NCBI RefSeq assembly: GCF_036321535.1 | Contig: NC_087437.1 | Span: 5,580,001-5,644,000, forward strand | Direction of reading: 5' to 3' | Source of the DNA: Camelus dromedarius | Taxonomy: Eukaryota | DNA: 64,000 nt | In this document: positions 11,890-24,110 of the stretch, piece by piece | How positions within the stretch are numbered: the first letter of the stretch is position 1 | Layout: every line of letters begins with the position of its first letter | Notes under the pieces: generated by a model | The model's input: the letters and a program-made list of their open reading frames with translations, nothing else | Databases searched by the model: none | What the model was told of the DNA's origin: nothing | Position numbers and translations under genes: made by a program

Positions 11890-12970
11890 AGGATCAGTCA
11901 AATGATGAGGGAGTCAACATCCAGACAGAAACAAATGTTGATACAAAAAGAAAAGTCTAAGGAAGGAGCCCTGGGGCACTGCTGGACGTCAGGGAGATGA
12001 GGAGGAATCAGCAAAGGAGGCCCGGTGGTGGGAAGCAGCCAGCAAGGCAGGAGAGGAGGACACGCAGTGAGTGTGGAATTCCAGACGGCCAGCTGGACGT
12101 CCCTACTGCTGACGGGTCAAAGAGTTGAGGGCTGAGACTTGGCCACTGGTTGGGTTTTAGCAAAGTAGAGATCACTGTGTTAGCGGAGGGTAGGTCCTTG
12201 TCTTGTCAGAGAAAGAATTCAGAGATAAGACACGGAGGTCAAGGAAGTAAAGTGGGGATTTATTAAAGGATGGATAGGACACTCTCAGGGGAGAGCCGGC
12301 AGGCTCAGGTGAGCGGCTGCCCTGAGTTTCTTTGACAAGCTGGTTACATCGGGTGTAAAAATGAGTGGGTGGAATATTCATTGGGGAGGGAAGGATTTGG
12401 GAGTCGTATTCCCTGATTATCATCCCAGCTCCACCTTCCCGAGGGGAGGAGGGATCTCTGTCCTTATTTATTCTGGATCGGAAGTGTCATGGCCTCGGTG
12501 CATGATGGGTACTTCTCAGCTGCAAGGCTAATTTTATTGAAATGAGGGCATAATGAGCAAAAGGTTACATTCGGACACTGGAGATTCCTGCCTTTCCCCA
12601 CCTTTCTTTATCTGCCTCCAGGCTGCTTGTCACCCCAAATGTGTTATTTCTTATTAGTCTAAAGTTTCCTGCTTTTCCATGCCTGCCCAGGGACCCCCGA
12701 TGTTCACAAGATGTGTGTCTTCCTGCCCTTTGGCCCGAGCCCCCCCTCTCTGCTCATTCCTAGCTGTCTGCCTGCTCTAACAACTGGGTGGTACCCTGTC
12801 TGGTGGCGTGGCAGCGGGGAAGCTGGAGAGGCTTCATGGCAGGAGGAGAGGAGAGGAGAGGAGAGTAGAGGAACTGGAGTGGGCACAGTAGTGAATGGAG
12901 GAGAGGAGGACACATCACTTAACTTTCTTAGGGAATTCTGGTAAAAAGAAGGGGAGAGAAGAACAGCAAG
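11890..12970 (-). mobile_element. L2 fragment interrupted by an ERV1 LTR
   Basis: 'gaggaggaatcagcaaaggag...gttgagggctgagacttggccactgg...gatcactg' resumes after the LTR. Confidence 0.6.
12178..12782 (-). mobile_element. Complete ERV1 solo LTR (MER41-related), 605 bp
   Basis: Terminal inverted repeats tgttag...ctaaca; perfect 4-bp TSD ACTG at 12174-12177 and 12783-12786; reverse AATAAA in 'gatttattaaag'. Confidence 0.92.
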
Positions 12971-13668
12971 TGTCTTATACGGTCATCATCATCATCATCA
13001 TTCTGATATATTTGCAAATATTGACCAGCTCCTGAAGCTCCAGGAAGTAAAGGAACAAAAAAAGGATAAAGTAAGTGCCCCCCGCCACCGCCACCATCAC
13101 GATTCAGAAGGGACACTCCTGGAGGAGTTCTCACGGCACTACCGATGTCCCGAATTCGGACAGTGCTACCCACAGTCTTCCCTTCTTTGCTTCTCTCCTC
13201 CTCCCCTCTTTCTTTCTTTGTTCATCTTATTTTTCACTCATTTATTCATTCTTTCCTTTTTCACCCCACAAACTCAAATAAGCCCCCACACCTTTGAAAC
13301 TTGGATCCACAGGAGGGTAGTGTGAATTAGCCCACAATGAAACCCTTTCCCTTTCTTAATAAAATTTTTCATTTTCTCTTCTCCTATACTTGAAAATGGA
13401 AATAGTCTTCAATTTCAAAACAAGTTGGTTTTATCTGCCAAAGGCATAGTCCCTCATTTAGCTGCAGACGTTGCTCTGAATAGCTTTCCATGGAAATTTC
13501 CTTCTTTCATGGTTTTTAGAAGGAATTTCTGGAGAGCAGAAGCTGGGGAGCCATATGCAAATAATTTATATTATGAATTTCATTCACTTAAAAAGATAAC
13601 TGACTCTTTCTTTCATTTTTAAAACTGCCCTCAGAAATGAATGGGGACATTTTATGAATGTTTCCACT

Positions 13669-13705
<37 letters not shown>

Positions 13706-13909
13706 TCATGTCTGAATTTAATTCTTTCTTGAATTTCCCAAACCCCAGAATCTTCCTTTCCCCATTCATAAACCCACACCCTTCATTCTTTTCTTTTTCT
13801 TTCTTTTTTGCATCTCACTTAGAATCCTCATGATTTCTCTGTCCCCGGGGTGGCTGACAATAGTCACGACACACATGCCTGAGAAGACTGCTCCATGTTC
13901 TTCTTGTAA

Positions 13910-14700
13910 TTTTTTTTTTTATTGAAGTATCATCAGTTTACAATGTTGTGTCAATTTCTGGTGTACAGCACAATGTTTCAGTCATACATATACATACATA
14001 TATTTGTTTCCATGTTCTTTTTCATTATAGGTCACTACAAGATACTGAATACAGTTCCCTGTGCTGTACAGTAGCATCTTGTTGTTTATCTATTTTATAT
14101 ATAGTAATTACTATCTACAAATCCCGAACTCCCAATTTATCCCTTCCCACCTTCTTTCCCCACTGGTAATTACAAGTTTGTTTTCTATGTCTGTGAGACT
14201 GTTTCTGTTTTGTAAATAAGTTTGTCTATTTTTTTAAGATTCCACGTGTAAGTGATATCATAGGGCATTTTTCTTTCTCTTTCTGGCTTTCTTCACTTAG
14301 AATGACAATCTCCAGGCCCATCCATGTTGCAGCAAATGGAATTATTTTATTCTTTTTTATGTCTGAGTAGTATTCCATTGTATAAATATACCACATCTTC
14401 TTTATCCAGTCATCTGTTGATGGACATTTAGGTTGTTTCCATGTCTTGGCTATTGTAAATAGTGCTGCTATGAACAATGGAGTACATCTATCTTTTTGAA
14501 TTAGAGTTCCCTCTGGATATATGCCCAGGAGTGGGATTGCTGGATCATATGGTAAGTCTATTTTCAGTTTTTTAAGGAATCTCCATACTGTTTTCCACAG
14601 TGGCTGCACCAAACCACATTCCTACCAACAGTGAAGGAGCGTTCCCCTTTCTCCACACCCTCTCCAGCATTTATCATTTGTGGATTTTTGAATGATGGCC
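13910..14700 (-). mobile_element. 5'-truncated lineage-specific L1 (ORF2 C-terminus and 3' UTR)
   Basis: ORF 14226..14612 '[32 protein letters not shown]...' is the L1 ORF2p C-terminus; poly-T at the left. Confidence 0.95.
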
Positions 14701-15389
14701 AGCTCTTCTTACTAAAATAAAAAATGTTATGCATGAATTAGTCTTCATATTTCATAACCTTGAAAACATAATTAAAAAAAATCAGTTTTTGAATTTCTCT
14801 CCATAACCCAAAGATAGACTGTTTACCCTTACAAAAACAGATGCCCTTTTCAAGCTAATCTTTGCTTGAAAAAGAAAAAGAAGCTGTTTAATGGTCATCT
14901 GGTTGGCAGATGTAACTAGAACTAGCAGAGATAACCTGGTCCTGTGATACACAGTTATATGGACGTGGAAGATCTGTGTTTGTGGATGATGAATGTGTTA
15001 CCTTCAAGTAGGTTTTAGAAGTCAGCATGAATAGACATCTTAACAGGAAGATCAGAGGTACAAATCAAGATAATCCATCTCCAGGCAGGGCTTTCCTAAG
15101 GTGTAGCAATTTTTATGAATATATATATGCGTGTGTATGTATATATTCACATGAAACGTACTTTATTTGCCTCGATAGGTTATTTGAATTCCTTAGACAT
15201 CCTTTTATTCATAAACTGTAATGCACTGCTCTCAAAATGACTGTAATATCTGATACTTATGTGGACATTTATCTTCCATGTCAGGGATGCTTGTGAAATA
15301 TGTGTTTCTAGAAATTTATGCTTAAACAATATGTTCGTAATGAGAATCAGATGCTGTCTGCCAGCATCTTCTCTCCCTAGGACGTTACA

Positions 15390-16340
15390 GAATCTCTCCT
15401 TGGTCCTTTTATTGCCTTCCCTTGCCCCTCCTCCCCAGCACCTTCAGAAGGAGCTTTCAACAAGCAGATGTGATTACATCATTGTCTACCTTAATATCTT
15501 GCTCTTAGCCAGGACCTGGGAGGTCCTTATGATCTAGTCGCTGCCTCTTGCCACCCCTTCCCTGCATCCTCATGTCTGTATCACTCTGTACTCTAACCCC
15601 AGTAACTTGCCCATGTTTCCTCCACCTCAGGGCCTTTGCACGTGTGTTGCTTTCTTCCTGAAACAGTGCTTCCACCCCCCAACTCTCATCTTCCTGCTCA
15701 CCCTTTAGTTCTCAGCTCAAAGGTCACTTCATTCATGTATATGTCACCAGCTACATTCCAGGCAGTCTTCTGGGTGAGGAGAAAAAGTTCCTTCTTTCCT
15801 GGGCTGATAGTCTAGTCGGGGAGGTGTGAAATAAACATGTGTGGAAATAGTCAGTACATCGGGGGCTAGTTGCACTGAGAAGAAAAGTAAAGCACAGTAA
15901 GGAGGGAGAAGCCAAGGTGGGGATGGGGTTGCTGCTTTAGCCTGGTGGGCAGGGGAGGTTTCTCTGCCAGGGGAACATCTGAGCAGAGACGGAAGGAAGG
16001 GAGGGCGAAAACATCAGGTGCAAAGGCCCTGAAAGTAAGGGTGCTCTTGGCTTGTTCAAGGACGAGCAAGGTGGCCGGAGCAGGGGGAGCAGCCAGGAGG
16101 AGAGTCGGGGGATGAGGCCCTCAGGGTGACGGGGCAGGGGCTACAGATCACGGAGGGCCTTTCAGGCCATGGTAAGGACTCTGACTCCCCCCCGGGGACA
16201 TGGGCGCTACTGCAGATGTTCAACACCCACATAACAAGATCTGACTTTTGTTTTTGAAGGATCCCTGTGGCTTCTGTGTGGAGACACAGGCAAGTGTAGA
16301 AGCTGGGAGCTGGTGCTTGAGGGGAACTGAGGCGGCGGGG
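15390..16340. mobile_element. Two L2 fragments in opposite orientation (+ ~15390-15730; - ~15730-16340)
   Basis: 'cagggcctttgcacgtgtgttg...ctcagctcaaaggtcacttc' (+) and 'gtgcaaaggccctgaa...cagatcacggagggcc...ctgacttttgtttttgaaggatccctgtggct' (-). Confidence 0.7.
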
Positions 16341-16894
16341 GTGCATTGAAGTCATCAGACTCTGTATCTCAGAGGGAGGTGGGCAGCCTCCTCTGAACCC
16401 CTCCCCAAAATGAGGTCAGACCCCCTTGTTCTAGTTTCTCCTCAAATCATTGACCTGGCCCTCATTCTGTTGCTAATTATACGTTCTTTGTGTGACTACG
16501 TGCTGGAACGACATGTGGAAATATTCGTGTATACTTTCTGCCTCAGGGAGAGGGGACCTCTGAAGAAGAGGGTCTCCTCTTGGATTTTGAGATTTAAGAG
16601 TGTAGGCCCCGCCTGGAAGGGCCTGGCGAAGGCAGTAGGTTTGGAGGAACACAGGATGAGGGCCAGCAGGCCCCACCTTTAGAACCAGCTAGGGGTTCCC
16701 TGGTGGGCAGCTAGTGCTGAGGAGGGAGGGGAGGAGAGCGGTGATCCAGGTGGGCCCTTCTCCCAGGCTTGTGCCCATTTCCTCCTAAACCAAGACCTGG
16801 GGGCAGGGAGGGAGCAGAACCTCCATTCGGAACCTCAGCCTGGGGCAAGATCACGAGGACTTCTGGCCTCACGAAGGCCTGGCAGGGCCTGGGA

Positions 16895-17100
16895 GCAGCA
16901 CACAATCCTGTCCGCAGCGTGATGGAAATGTCCTGTGTCTGTCCTGTCTGATATGGGAGCCGCTAGCCACGTGTGGCTATTAAACACTTGAAACATGGCC
17001 AGGGTGACGGAGGAAATGAGTTTTTAATTTTTTAAAATTTTAATGAATTTAAATTTAAGTAACCCTACACGGTCACTGGCTCCTGCACTGGGTAGTGAGG
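16895..17100 (+). mobile_element. MER3-like hAT-Charlie MITE
   Basis: 'gatggaaatgtcctgtgtctg...gccgctagccacgtgtggctattaaacacttgaaacatggcc...aatttaaattta'. Confidence 0.8.
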
Positions 17101-17629
17101 CTGGAGATGGAGCAAAGAGGTAGGAGGTTCCCGCAGCTCCACGGTTTCCCGAGGCCCCGTAAAAGCATGGGAACTGCAGGGGTTCCTGTGTACCCCAGCA
17201 GCTCCTGGAAGTAGCTGACAGCCAAGCCCGGAGGCTCCAGGAGTCAGGGATGTGAGGCCCCGAAGGAATAAATATGTCTCCACGGAGACCTGTGTGGAAA
17301 GGTGATGGCTGAGATGGAGATGCCCGCTTCCACCAATATCTGGACCCCAGGATGACCTCTGTCCCTTAGAAACAGCTGCCGGAAGAGCGGGAGACCCCCC
17401 TGCCCCGAATGGATGGACTTTAGGTTCCACGGCCTGGCGAAGGAAGACCTCTTAATGGAAAATTATTGTGAATCGCAGAGACTGGAGAGACCTATCTTGC
17501 ACACTTCGGCTTGTAAACTGCATATAGTTACAGGACAGATACACAGACAGAGCTCTCTCTGTGTACCTACACGCTACCTGTGATTAATGTCTGCCTGCTC
17601 ACCTGAATGTGACGCTCCATCAGAGCAGG

Positions 17630-18120
17630 TGTGTCAGGAAGGGAATGGTTTGGGCTACAAGTGAAAGGAAACGTGACCGCAGAGATGTGAAGCATTTGAG
17701 GTTTGTGTTTTTCACATAACAGGACGTCAGGAGTGGGCAGTTGCCGACGCTGGTTCACGGCTATTTCAGGGATGGTGTCTCTATTATTTCCTTCGCATCC
17801 CTGTTCTTCTCCCTGGGTATCACTACTCCAGCCATCACGTCTGCGCTCAAGGCAGAAAGGGAAGGTATGGCTGAAGCTGTGTCTGTTGTATCCCCCTTTA
17901 TTAGGAAAGTCGTGGCTTTTCCATGAGTCCTCCACGTCTCATCGGCTAGAACTCTGTCCCACAGCCTTGCTGCAGATGGGGGACCGAAGAGGGTGGAAGA
18001 GAATTGTCACGATTGTCAGAGACCAGTGATGGTTCATCGGCGGTGACTGGCTGCATCGCTGCCCTGAACAAGACCAGGGGCGGTGTCGGCAGGGAGGAAG
18101 GGAGTCACTGAGAGTGTGAC
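17630..18120 (-). mobile_element. MaLR LTR (MLT1J/K-like)
   Basis: 'tgtgtcagga...ggctacaagtgaaaggaaac...tttttcacataacaggacgtcaggagtgggcag...cagccatcacgtctgcgctcaaggcag'. Confidence 0.65.
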
Positions 18121-18519
18121 TCGGGCTGACGACAGGGATTGTATGTCCAGGACTCAGCTCTGTGCACATCTTAAATGGGAACTCAGTTCTAAAACCAGGA
18201 TTTAAGGTGGGAATTGCATGTAGTGAAAACTGCTGTTGAACACTGCCTTGGGAGGTTGCTGTGTTGGAGGCCCATGTGCCATCTCTTTCAAAGCCCACGC
18301 TGTCATTTTCACCCCCACATTGGAACCGACCACTGTTTCAGCAGGTGAACTAGCTAACTTGCATTAGGGGCTGTAGTCTTTAAACAGCAGGATCTTAAAC
18401 ACTGGGATCACGTTCAGAGCGGCAAGATACTTTTATTGTGAGAGGCACAGGGAACCGCTCACCCCAAGCTCATTTAATAAACCAGTGGATAGAAACGCAC
18501 TCACTATTTAAATAGCTGT

Positions 18520-18765
18520 CCACAGGCTCCTCTGGAGCCACACTGACGGGGTTTGAAGGCTTGCTTGCTTACGGACTGTTAGTGCTGTGACCTTGGGCAA
18601 ATTACTTACTGTCTCTGTGGCTCAGTTTCCCATCTGTGAAATGGGTCTAACAATGGCACCAACCTTGGAGAAGTTGCTGTGAGAGTTAAATGAGTTAACA
18701 CTAGTAAAGTCAGCGAGTGGGTGGCCATGAGAAGTGCTCCAGAAGGTTTAGCTATTGTTACTATT
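18520..18765 (+). mobile_element. MIR SINE
   Basis: Core 'ctgtgaccttgggcaaattacttactgtctctgtggctcagtttcccatctgtgaaatggg'. Confidence 0.85.
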
Positions 18766-19529
18766 ACTCCGTAGTTGTACTAACACCCGTTAAATATGCG
18801 TATGAGCTACTCCCAAGTGAAAGGCATTCAGTATGTGTGTATATATATGTGTGTGTTGAATCAATAAATTCTAATATTTAAAGTGCTTTCTTTATATGTC
18901 TGATTAATAGTCAAACAGCAGTGGTTCCTAACACTGTCACCTTAGGACCTTTAGAACCTTTGAACCTTAATCGCCTTGGCCTGGGTGAAGGAATGCAGAA
19001 ATGCACCCCAGGTGGGGAGGAAGTGCTTCCTGATGGAAGGTATTTAAAGGAAAACAGAATCCAATCATTGATAATGCGAATATCATCACGGGGTGGTCTG
19101 TGTGCCTGTTAGGGATTTAAATCCTTTAACTCCTCCGTGCCTTGGTCAAATGAGATGGACTAAGAGTGTTTTGCAAGTGGGTTCCTTGAGGTGTTAATAG
19201 TTGTCCTTAAATAAACTTGGGAAACTTAAGGCCAAGTTAAATAGATTCCTGCTGTCTCTTTTCTCCCCGTTGCATTTCTCAGAACCTTTGGAGTTCATTT
19301 GTGTTGCAAATCTGAAGGAATATATAGAAGGAAGTATTTTCCAACTTTGACAACTTAATCTTTTCTTCACTTGCTGGGGAGTGTTAGCAAGGATATTTTT
19401 CTATAAATGCTGGATGCCTCTGGGGTCTCTTCCACCCATGTCTAATGAAGGTCAGTAGGGTGGAGGTTGTTTTTAACATATAATTATATAGTTTGACTCC
19501 CTGAATGGTGACTGGTAAGTGTCCACACC

Positions 19530-19708
19530 AGGGCTGGGGTCTCAGCTTCCCCATTGGAACCACCTGGGGAGATTTAAAAACTACTGCGCCTCGGGCTGCA
19601 TCTTCAGGGATTCTAATGTAGTTGGTCCAGGTGCCTCCTGGGCATTAGGTTCTTAAAAGTTCCCCCAAGCTATTTCTAATGTGCAGCCATGGTTGAGAAC
19701 CACTGGAC
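19530..19708. mobile_element. MER5-like hAT-Charlie MITE
   Basis: 'ttggaaccacctggggagatttaaaaa...tttctaatgtgcagccatggttgagaaccactg'. Confidence 0.8.
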
Positions 19709-21634
19709 TAGGAGAAGACTCCTGATCTGGAATAGGTGATAACCGTGGTTAGAAATGCAAAGGGCCATAAAGTTTGGATGGAAAAAGAAAAGGGAAAGAG
19801 AGAAAGAGGAGACATGTGGTGAGGATGATGATAAGACCCTCGACATAGCATGGCGGGAAGTTGTATGAGAGAAGAGACTGACGGAGTTGACGGAGGACAG
19901 TGTGACCATCATGGATGGGAGCTACACACACGTGTCCTTGGGACTGCAACCAGGACAGTTCACACTCCGCTAAAGACCAAGAATAAACACACACACATAA
20001 ACATCTCAAAAATGAAAGCAAGATACCTGGCCTGAATTGATGGAAGCAGACCATATTAGCCAGAAGAGCCCCAATGTCAAGATCAAGGTCACACCAAGGA
20101 GACTTCCCTTAGGCAGAACTCCAAGCAGTAAAAGAAGAAAGTCTTTGAATTACAGCTGAATTGACTGAGGAAAGATCTTGTTTGCAGTTTGCCTCAAGTG
20201 ACGCCAGTGTGCACCTGTTTCCTCCCACTGCAGCGAGGTTTACGGGCCATGAAATCCTTTCATAATGGGTGGAGGAACTCCCTGCGGGCATCTGTTGGAC
20301 CCAGTGGGAAAGAGGAGGAAGCCAGGAGCAAGTGGACTAGGGCTCCCGTCACAAGACAGCTCAGCTATAGGATGAGCCCAGCAGGAGGGAAGCAAATACC
20401 CAAACTTGTGTCCCTGAGCTAAGAGCCGCTCAATCCCACCCAGACTAGCATTGCTGCAAGCCAGTGCATCTGGTGGGGACATCATAGCCCCACATACTGC
20501 TAACCAAGGTGGGCTCACCCATGCCAGCTGCTCTCCACTGACCATGCCGGCAACTTGGCAGACGTTACTGATTAATCATGGTGCCGTTTCACGATGAGCT
20601 TGGGCACGGCCTCAGGGCGCTTCACAACACAGAGCTCCAAACAGCTACCACCAAGTGATCAGAATTAGCACTCAGTTGCCAGCTCCCGCCTGGGCTTAAT
20701 TGTGCTCAGAGTGATGTGGGGGGCAGCACTGTGGTAGGCACCAAGGTCCCACCTAGTTATCCAATCATCCTGATATTGAAAAGTTTAAGGAGACAGAAAT
20801 CTGTGTCTGGCACTGTAGTAAGGCATTGGGGCTACGGCAGCGAATAAAACAGACATGGCCCCTACATGTTAAATAACCATAAACATATAAATACAAATTG
20901 TAGTGAATACTTTTGAGGGTTTGGAAGGCTAATAATTAACACATTTCCCCCCATCACCACCGCACTCGGTTTAGAAACAAAGAGGCACAGAAATCAAGAA
21001 GATGTAGATAAAGATGTCACCTTCATTGCTGAGAAGAATAAGGCTGGAGTGTGGCCAACCAGGCTTGTTAATGTGCCCTCTGAATTGGACTAATCACTCC
21101 TCTCCCTGAGCCCCTCCGGCCACAGGGGCTAACCCTGTCCCATCAGGCCTGCTTTGCAGGTGTAGAAGATGCCCAGACCAGCAGCCGCTGCAGGTGGAGG
21201 GCCTGGCCAATCATGGCATTCCTTCTCCAAACCCGCCAATCAGAGGAGGCATTGCTCCTCTGCTAGGGGCGGGACCGGAGGTCAGGAGTGTTACTGTAGT
21301 GGCAGTCCCCTTACTAGGAAACCTGAGGGGACCGGAATAAATGATTCCCCATCACCCACTCACACACAAGGGCTGCAGTAGGAAAGTAAAGGAAATAAAG
21401 AGGGATTCAGGATTACTCAGTTGGGATCTGGATACTAGGAAGTCTTCTTTGAGTGGGACACTAGAAAATGAGCCCCCAAATAGTTTTGGTCCAGAACTCA
21501 AACTGTTCACCTTCAAGGACTAGACCTTGCAGGGCTTAATGTTAAGAAGTTGTTGTTGTTTTTTTTTTTTTAAAAACAGCAACAACACCGTATTGAAGAG
21601 TTCAGGCAGGGGAATGACAGATCAGCTTAACGTT

Positions 21635-21795
21635 CGTTCTTTCTGTCTTTCTTTCTTTCTTTCTTTCGTTGTTTTTGGGCGTGTGGTAATTAGGTTGGTT
21701 TGTTTGTTTATTTATTTTAATGGAGGTACTGGGGATTGGCCCCAGGACCTTGTGCATGCTAAGCACGCGCTCTACCACTGAGCTATACCCACCCC
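21635..21795 (-). mobile_element. Vic-1-like tRNA-derived SINE with (TCTT)n tail
   Basis: Reverse GGGTATAGCTCAGTGGTAGAGCGCGTGCTTAGCATGCACAAGGTCCTGGG...CCCCAGTACCTCC; degenerate TSD cagcttaacgtt/cagtttagtgtt. Confidence 0.88.
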
Positions 21796-21855
21796 CAGTT
21801 TAGTGTTTTCAAAAGCTTACTCTGCCAGCCCTGAGGACTGGTGGCAGATAAGAGG

Positions 21856-22049
21856 TAGAGTTGCCAGAATTAGCAAATAAAAATGCCCAGTTAAATCTGA
21901 AATTCAAGTTAATAACAAATAAGCATGTCCCAAATATCATATGGGACATACTTATGCTTAAAAAAAATTGTTCATTGTTTATCTGAAATCATCATTTATC
22001 TGTTCCCCCAAATTTAAGTGGGTGTTCACTATTTTATTTGGCAACCCTA
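21856..22049. mobile_element. MER53 palindromic hAT MITE
   Basis: TIRs tagagttgccag...tggcaacccta; central palindrome aagcatgtccca...tgggacatactt; 8-bp TSD ataagagg/gcaagagg. Confidence 0.9.
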
Positions 22050-22727
22050 GCAAGAGGGAGAGAAGTAGGGAAACCAGCCAGGATGCCGTGGCAGGAATTG
22101 GTGGTGGTGGAGGTGGAGGGGTGAGGTAGGTAGCAGTCCTGTGGTGGAGGTGGACTCTTGGTGATGGATTGATGGGGTGGGTGAGGGAGACAGTCTGGGG
22201 TCAAGGGTGACTCAGATTCTGGGTGAGCCTTTGGATGGACAGAGGTGCCAGTACAGCCAATGCCACAGAATGAGAATAACACAGTTTGGACATTTCAGCC
22301 TGCTACTCTGTTATTGTAAATCTGTGCTCTCTATGTGACAATGCTCATTACATTACTTACCTCTTTATTAACTGATTTCAATATAATCTGGTATTGATCC
22401 TGAGACACAGGGTAAGGGCCTTGTGCCCTGCCAAATAAAGGTGGCATAAACACTGTGCAGACCTAGTGTTGCTGTGCCTGATATGACATTGTGAATCACG
22501 GAGCAAACTATTAAAAGCTTCTAGACTCAGAAGACAATGAAATTAGTCCACATGTGAGAGGAACACTGTGTTCTGGTCTTCTGACTGTGTGACTCTGGAC
22601 AAGTCCTTTAACGGCCTCCTTGATTGTGTAAAGCATGATACAAATATAGCTTGTCCTTATTATGTGGCTGTTAACGAATATTGTGTGAATTACAAGTATG
22701 AAAAATCTTTTAATAATATGCAGATTC

Positions 22728-23116
22728 TGTTATGGACACAATGTCTGCATCTTTTGAAAATTCCTATGTTGAAGCCCTAACCCCCAATGTGATGGTATTT
22801 GGAGATGGGGGCCTTTGAGAAGTAATTAGGGTTAGATTAAGTCATGAGGGTGGGGCCCTCGTGATGAGATTGGTGGCCTTATGGAAAGAGGAAGATCTCT
22901 GTCTTTCTCTGTCTCTCCTCACATGCACTTTGGAAAGGCCATGACAGGACACAGGGAGAAGGCAGTCGTTTTCAAGCCAAGAGAGTTCTCACCAGAACCT
23001 GACTGTGCTGGCCCCCTGATCTCAGTCTTCTGGCCTATAGAACTGTGAGAAATAAATGCCTGCTGTTTAAGCCTCCCTATCTATTCCAGCTATGGCATTC
23101 CAAGCTGATTAAAACA
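22728..23116 (+). mobile_element. MaLR LTR MLT1A-like, full length
   Basis: 'tgttatggac...tatgttgaagccctaacccccaatgtgatggtatttggag...aactgtgagaaataaatgcctgctgtttaagcc...attaaaaca'. Confidence 0.88.
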
Positions 23117-23589
23117 GGTACTATTAATTTTACAAAAGTAACCAGGTATAAGCAAGCAAGAATTTTAATAGCAGAGTAAAATCTCTTGCTCTCTTTAGTC
23201 TGTCAGTGAATGTTCTGAGTGGGAGCTAGACCGTCTCTCATGTGTGGTCTCAGGTTTTGAGTTTTGGGGTGAAATATATGTGTATTTCCTTGCCTTCTCC
23301 TTTTCCACCTCCCACACACACACACATTAAGGGCAGCCTTGAAAAGGAGGTGTCACAAAGGGTGTAAGTGTGCGAGGCAGGGGAGAGGGAGCTGGTTGCT
23401 AGGAAACCAGGGAACCAGTTTAGTTAAACAGCCACTAGGTGTTTAGGGAGTGTGTGAATGGTGCTGACTGCATGTGTGTGAGCACAGGGGGCACTTCTCT
23501 TTTAGCACCAACTACAAAACTAGAACAGCCTTCCAGTCAGAAATCTGGCTCTGATATCAAATGTAAAAAGAAGCTGGAAAATGTACTGA

Positions 23590-24110
23590 ACCAGTAAGAC
23601 TTTCCATTTCCAGAGACAGAAACCCAGTTCCAGAAAAAGGGAATTTATTATTTAACTGGGAAGTCCAGGGTTGGATATTGCTTCAGGCACAGATGGATCC
23701 AGTGACTTGAATGATGTCATTAGCTCACTCTCTGTCTCTGTGCAGTGGCCTCATTCTCACTTATTTTTTATGTCCCTCAGTGGGCTCCCTGCAGGTGGTA
23801 GGAAAGGGGTAATTTGGCTTCAGGGAGATCCAGGTTCTTATGTCTCAGGGAACTACCTTCAGGCAAAAAAAAAGGTCTTCTCTTTCCCAGGATCTTTGCA
23901 TAAATTGCCATGGAAGGAATCTGATTAGCTCTGCTTGGATCAGAGGCTCTCCTGCTGGACTGATTACTGTGGCCAGATGAGCAGAGTACTCTAACTTGTG
24001 GCTTCACCAGAACCATATGAAATAGGGAGAGGCAATGCCCCAAAGAAAAATGGGATCTGTTACAAGAAATTGAGGGAGTGGAAGTGGGCAGATGAGAACA
24101 GCTGACATCC
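23590..24110 (-). mobile_element. Old MaLR LTR (MLT1K/L-like)
   Basis: 'gacagaaacccagttcc...gggaatttatt...aactgggaagtccaggg...gcttcaggcacagatggatccag'. Confidence 0.6.

Noticed and set aside
14226..14612. 128-aa ORF with clear protein homology, as have 25826..26530, 31327..31698 and 45979..46500
   Set aside because: These are L1 ORF2p C-terminal remnants in 5'-truncated copies, not host genes
19165..19420. Possible degraded hAT-Charlie element
   Set aside because: Similarity too weak to name or bound by eye
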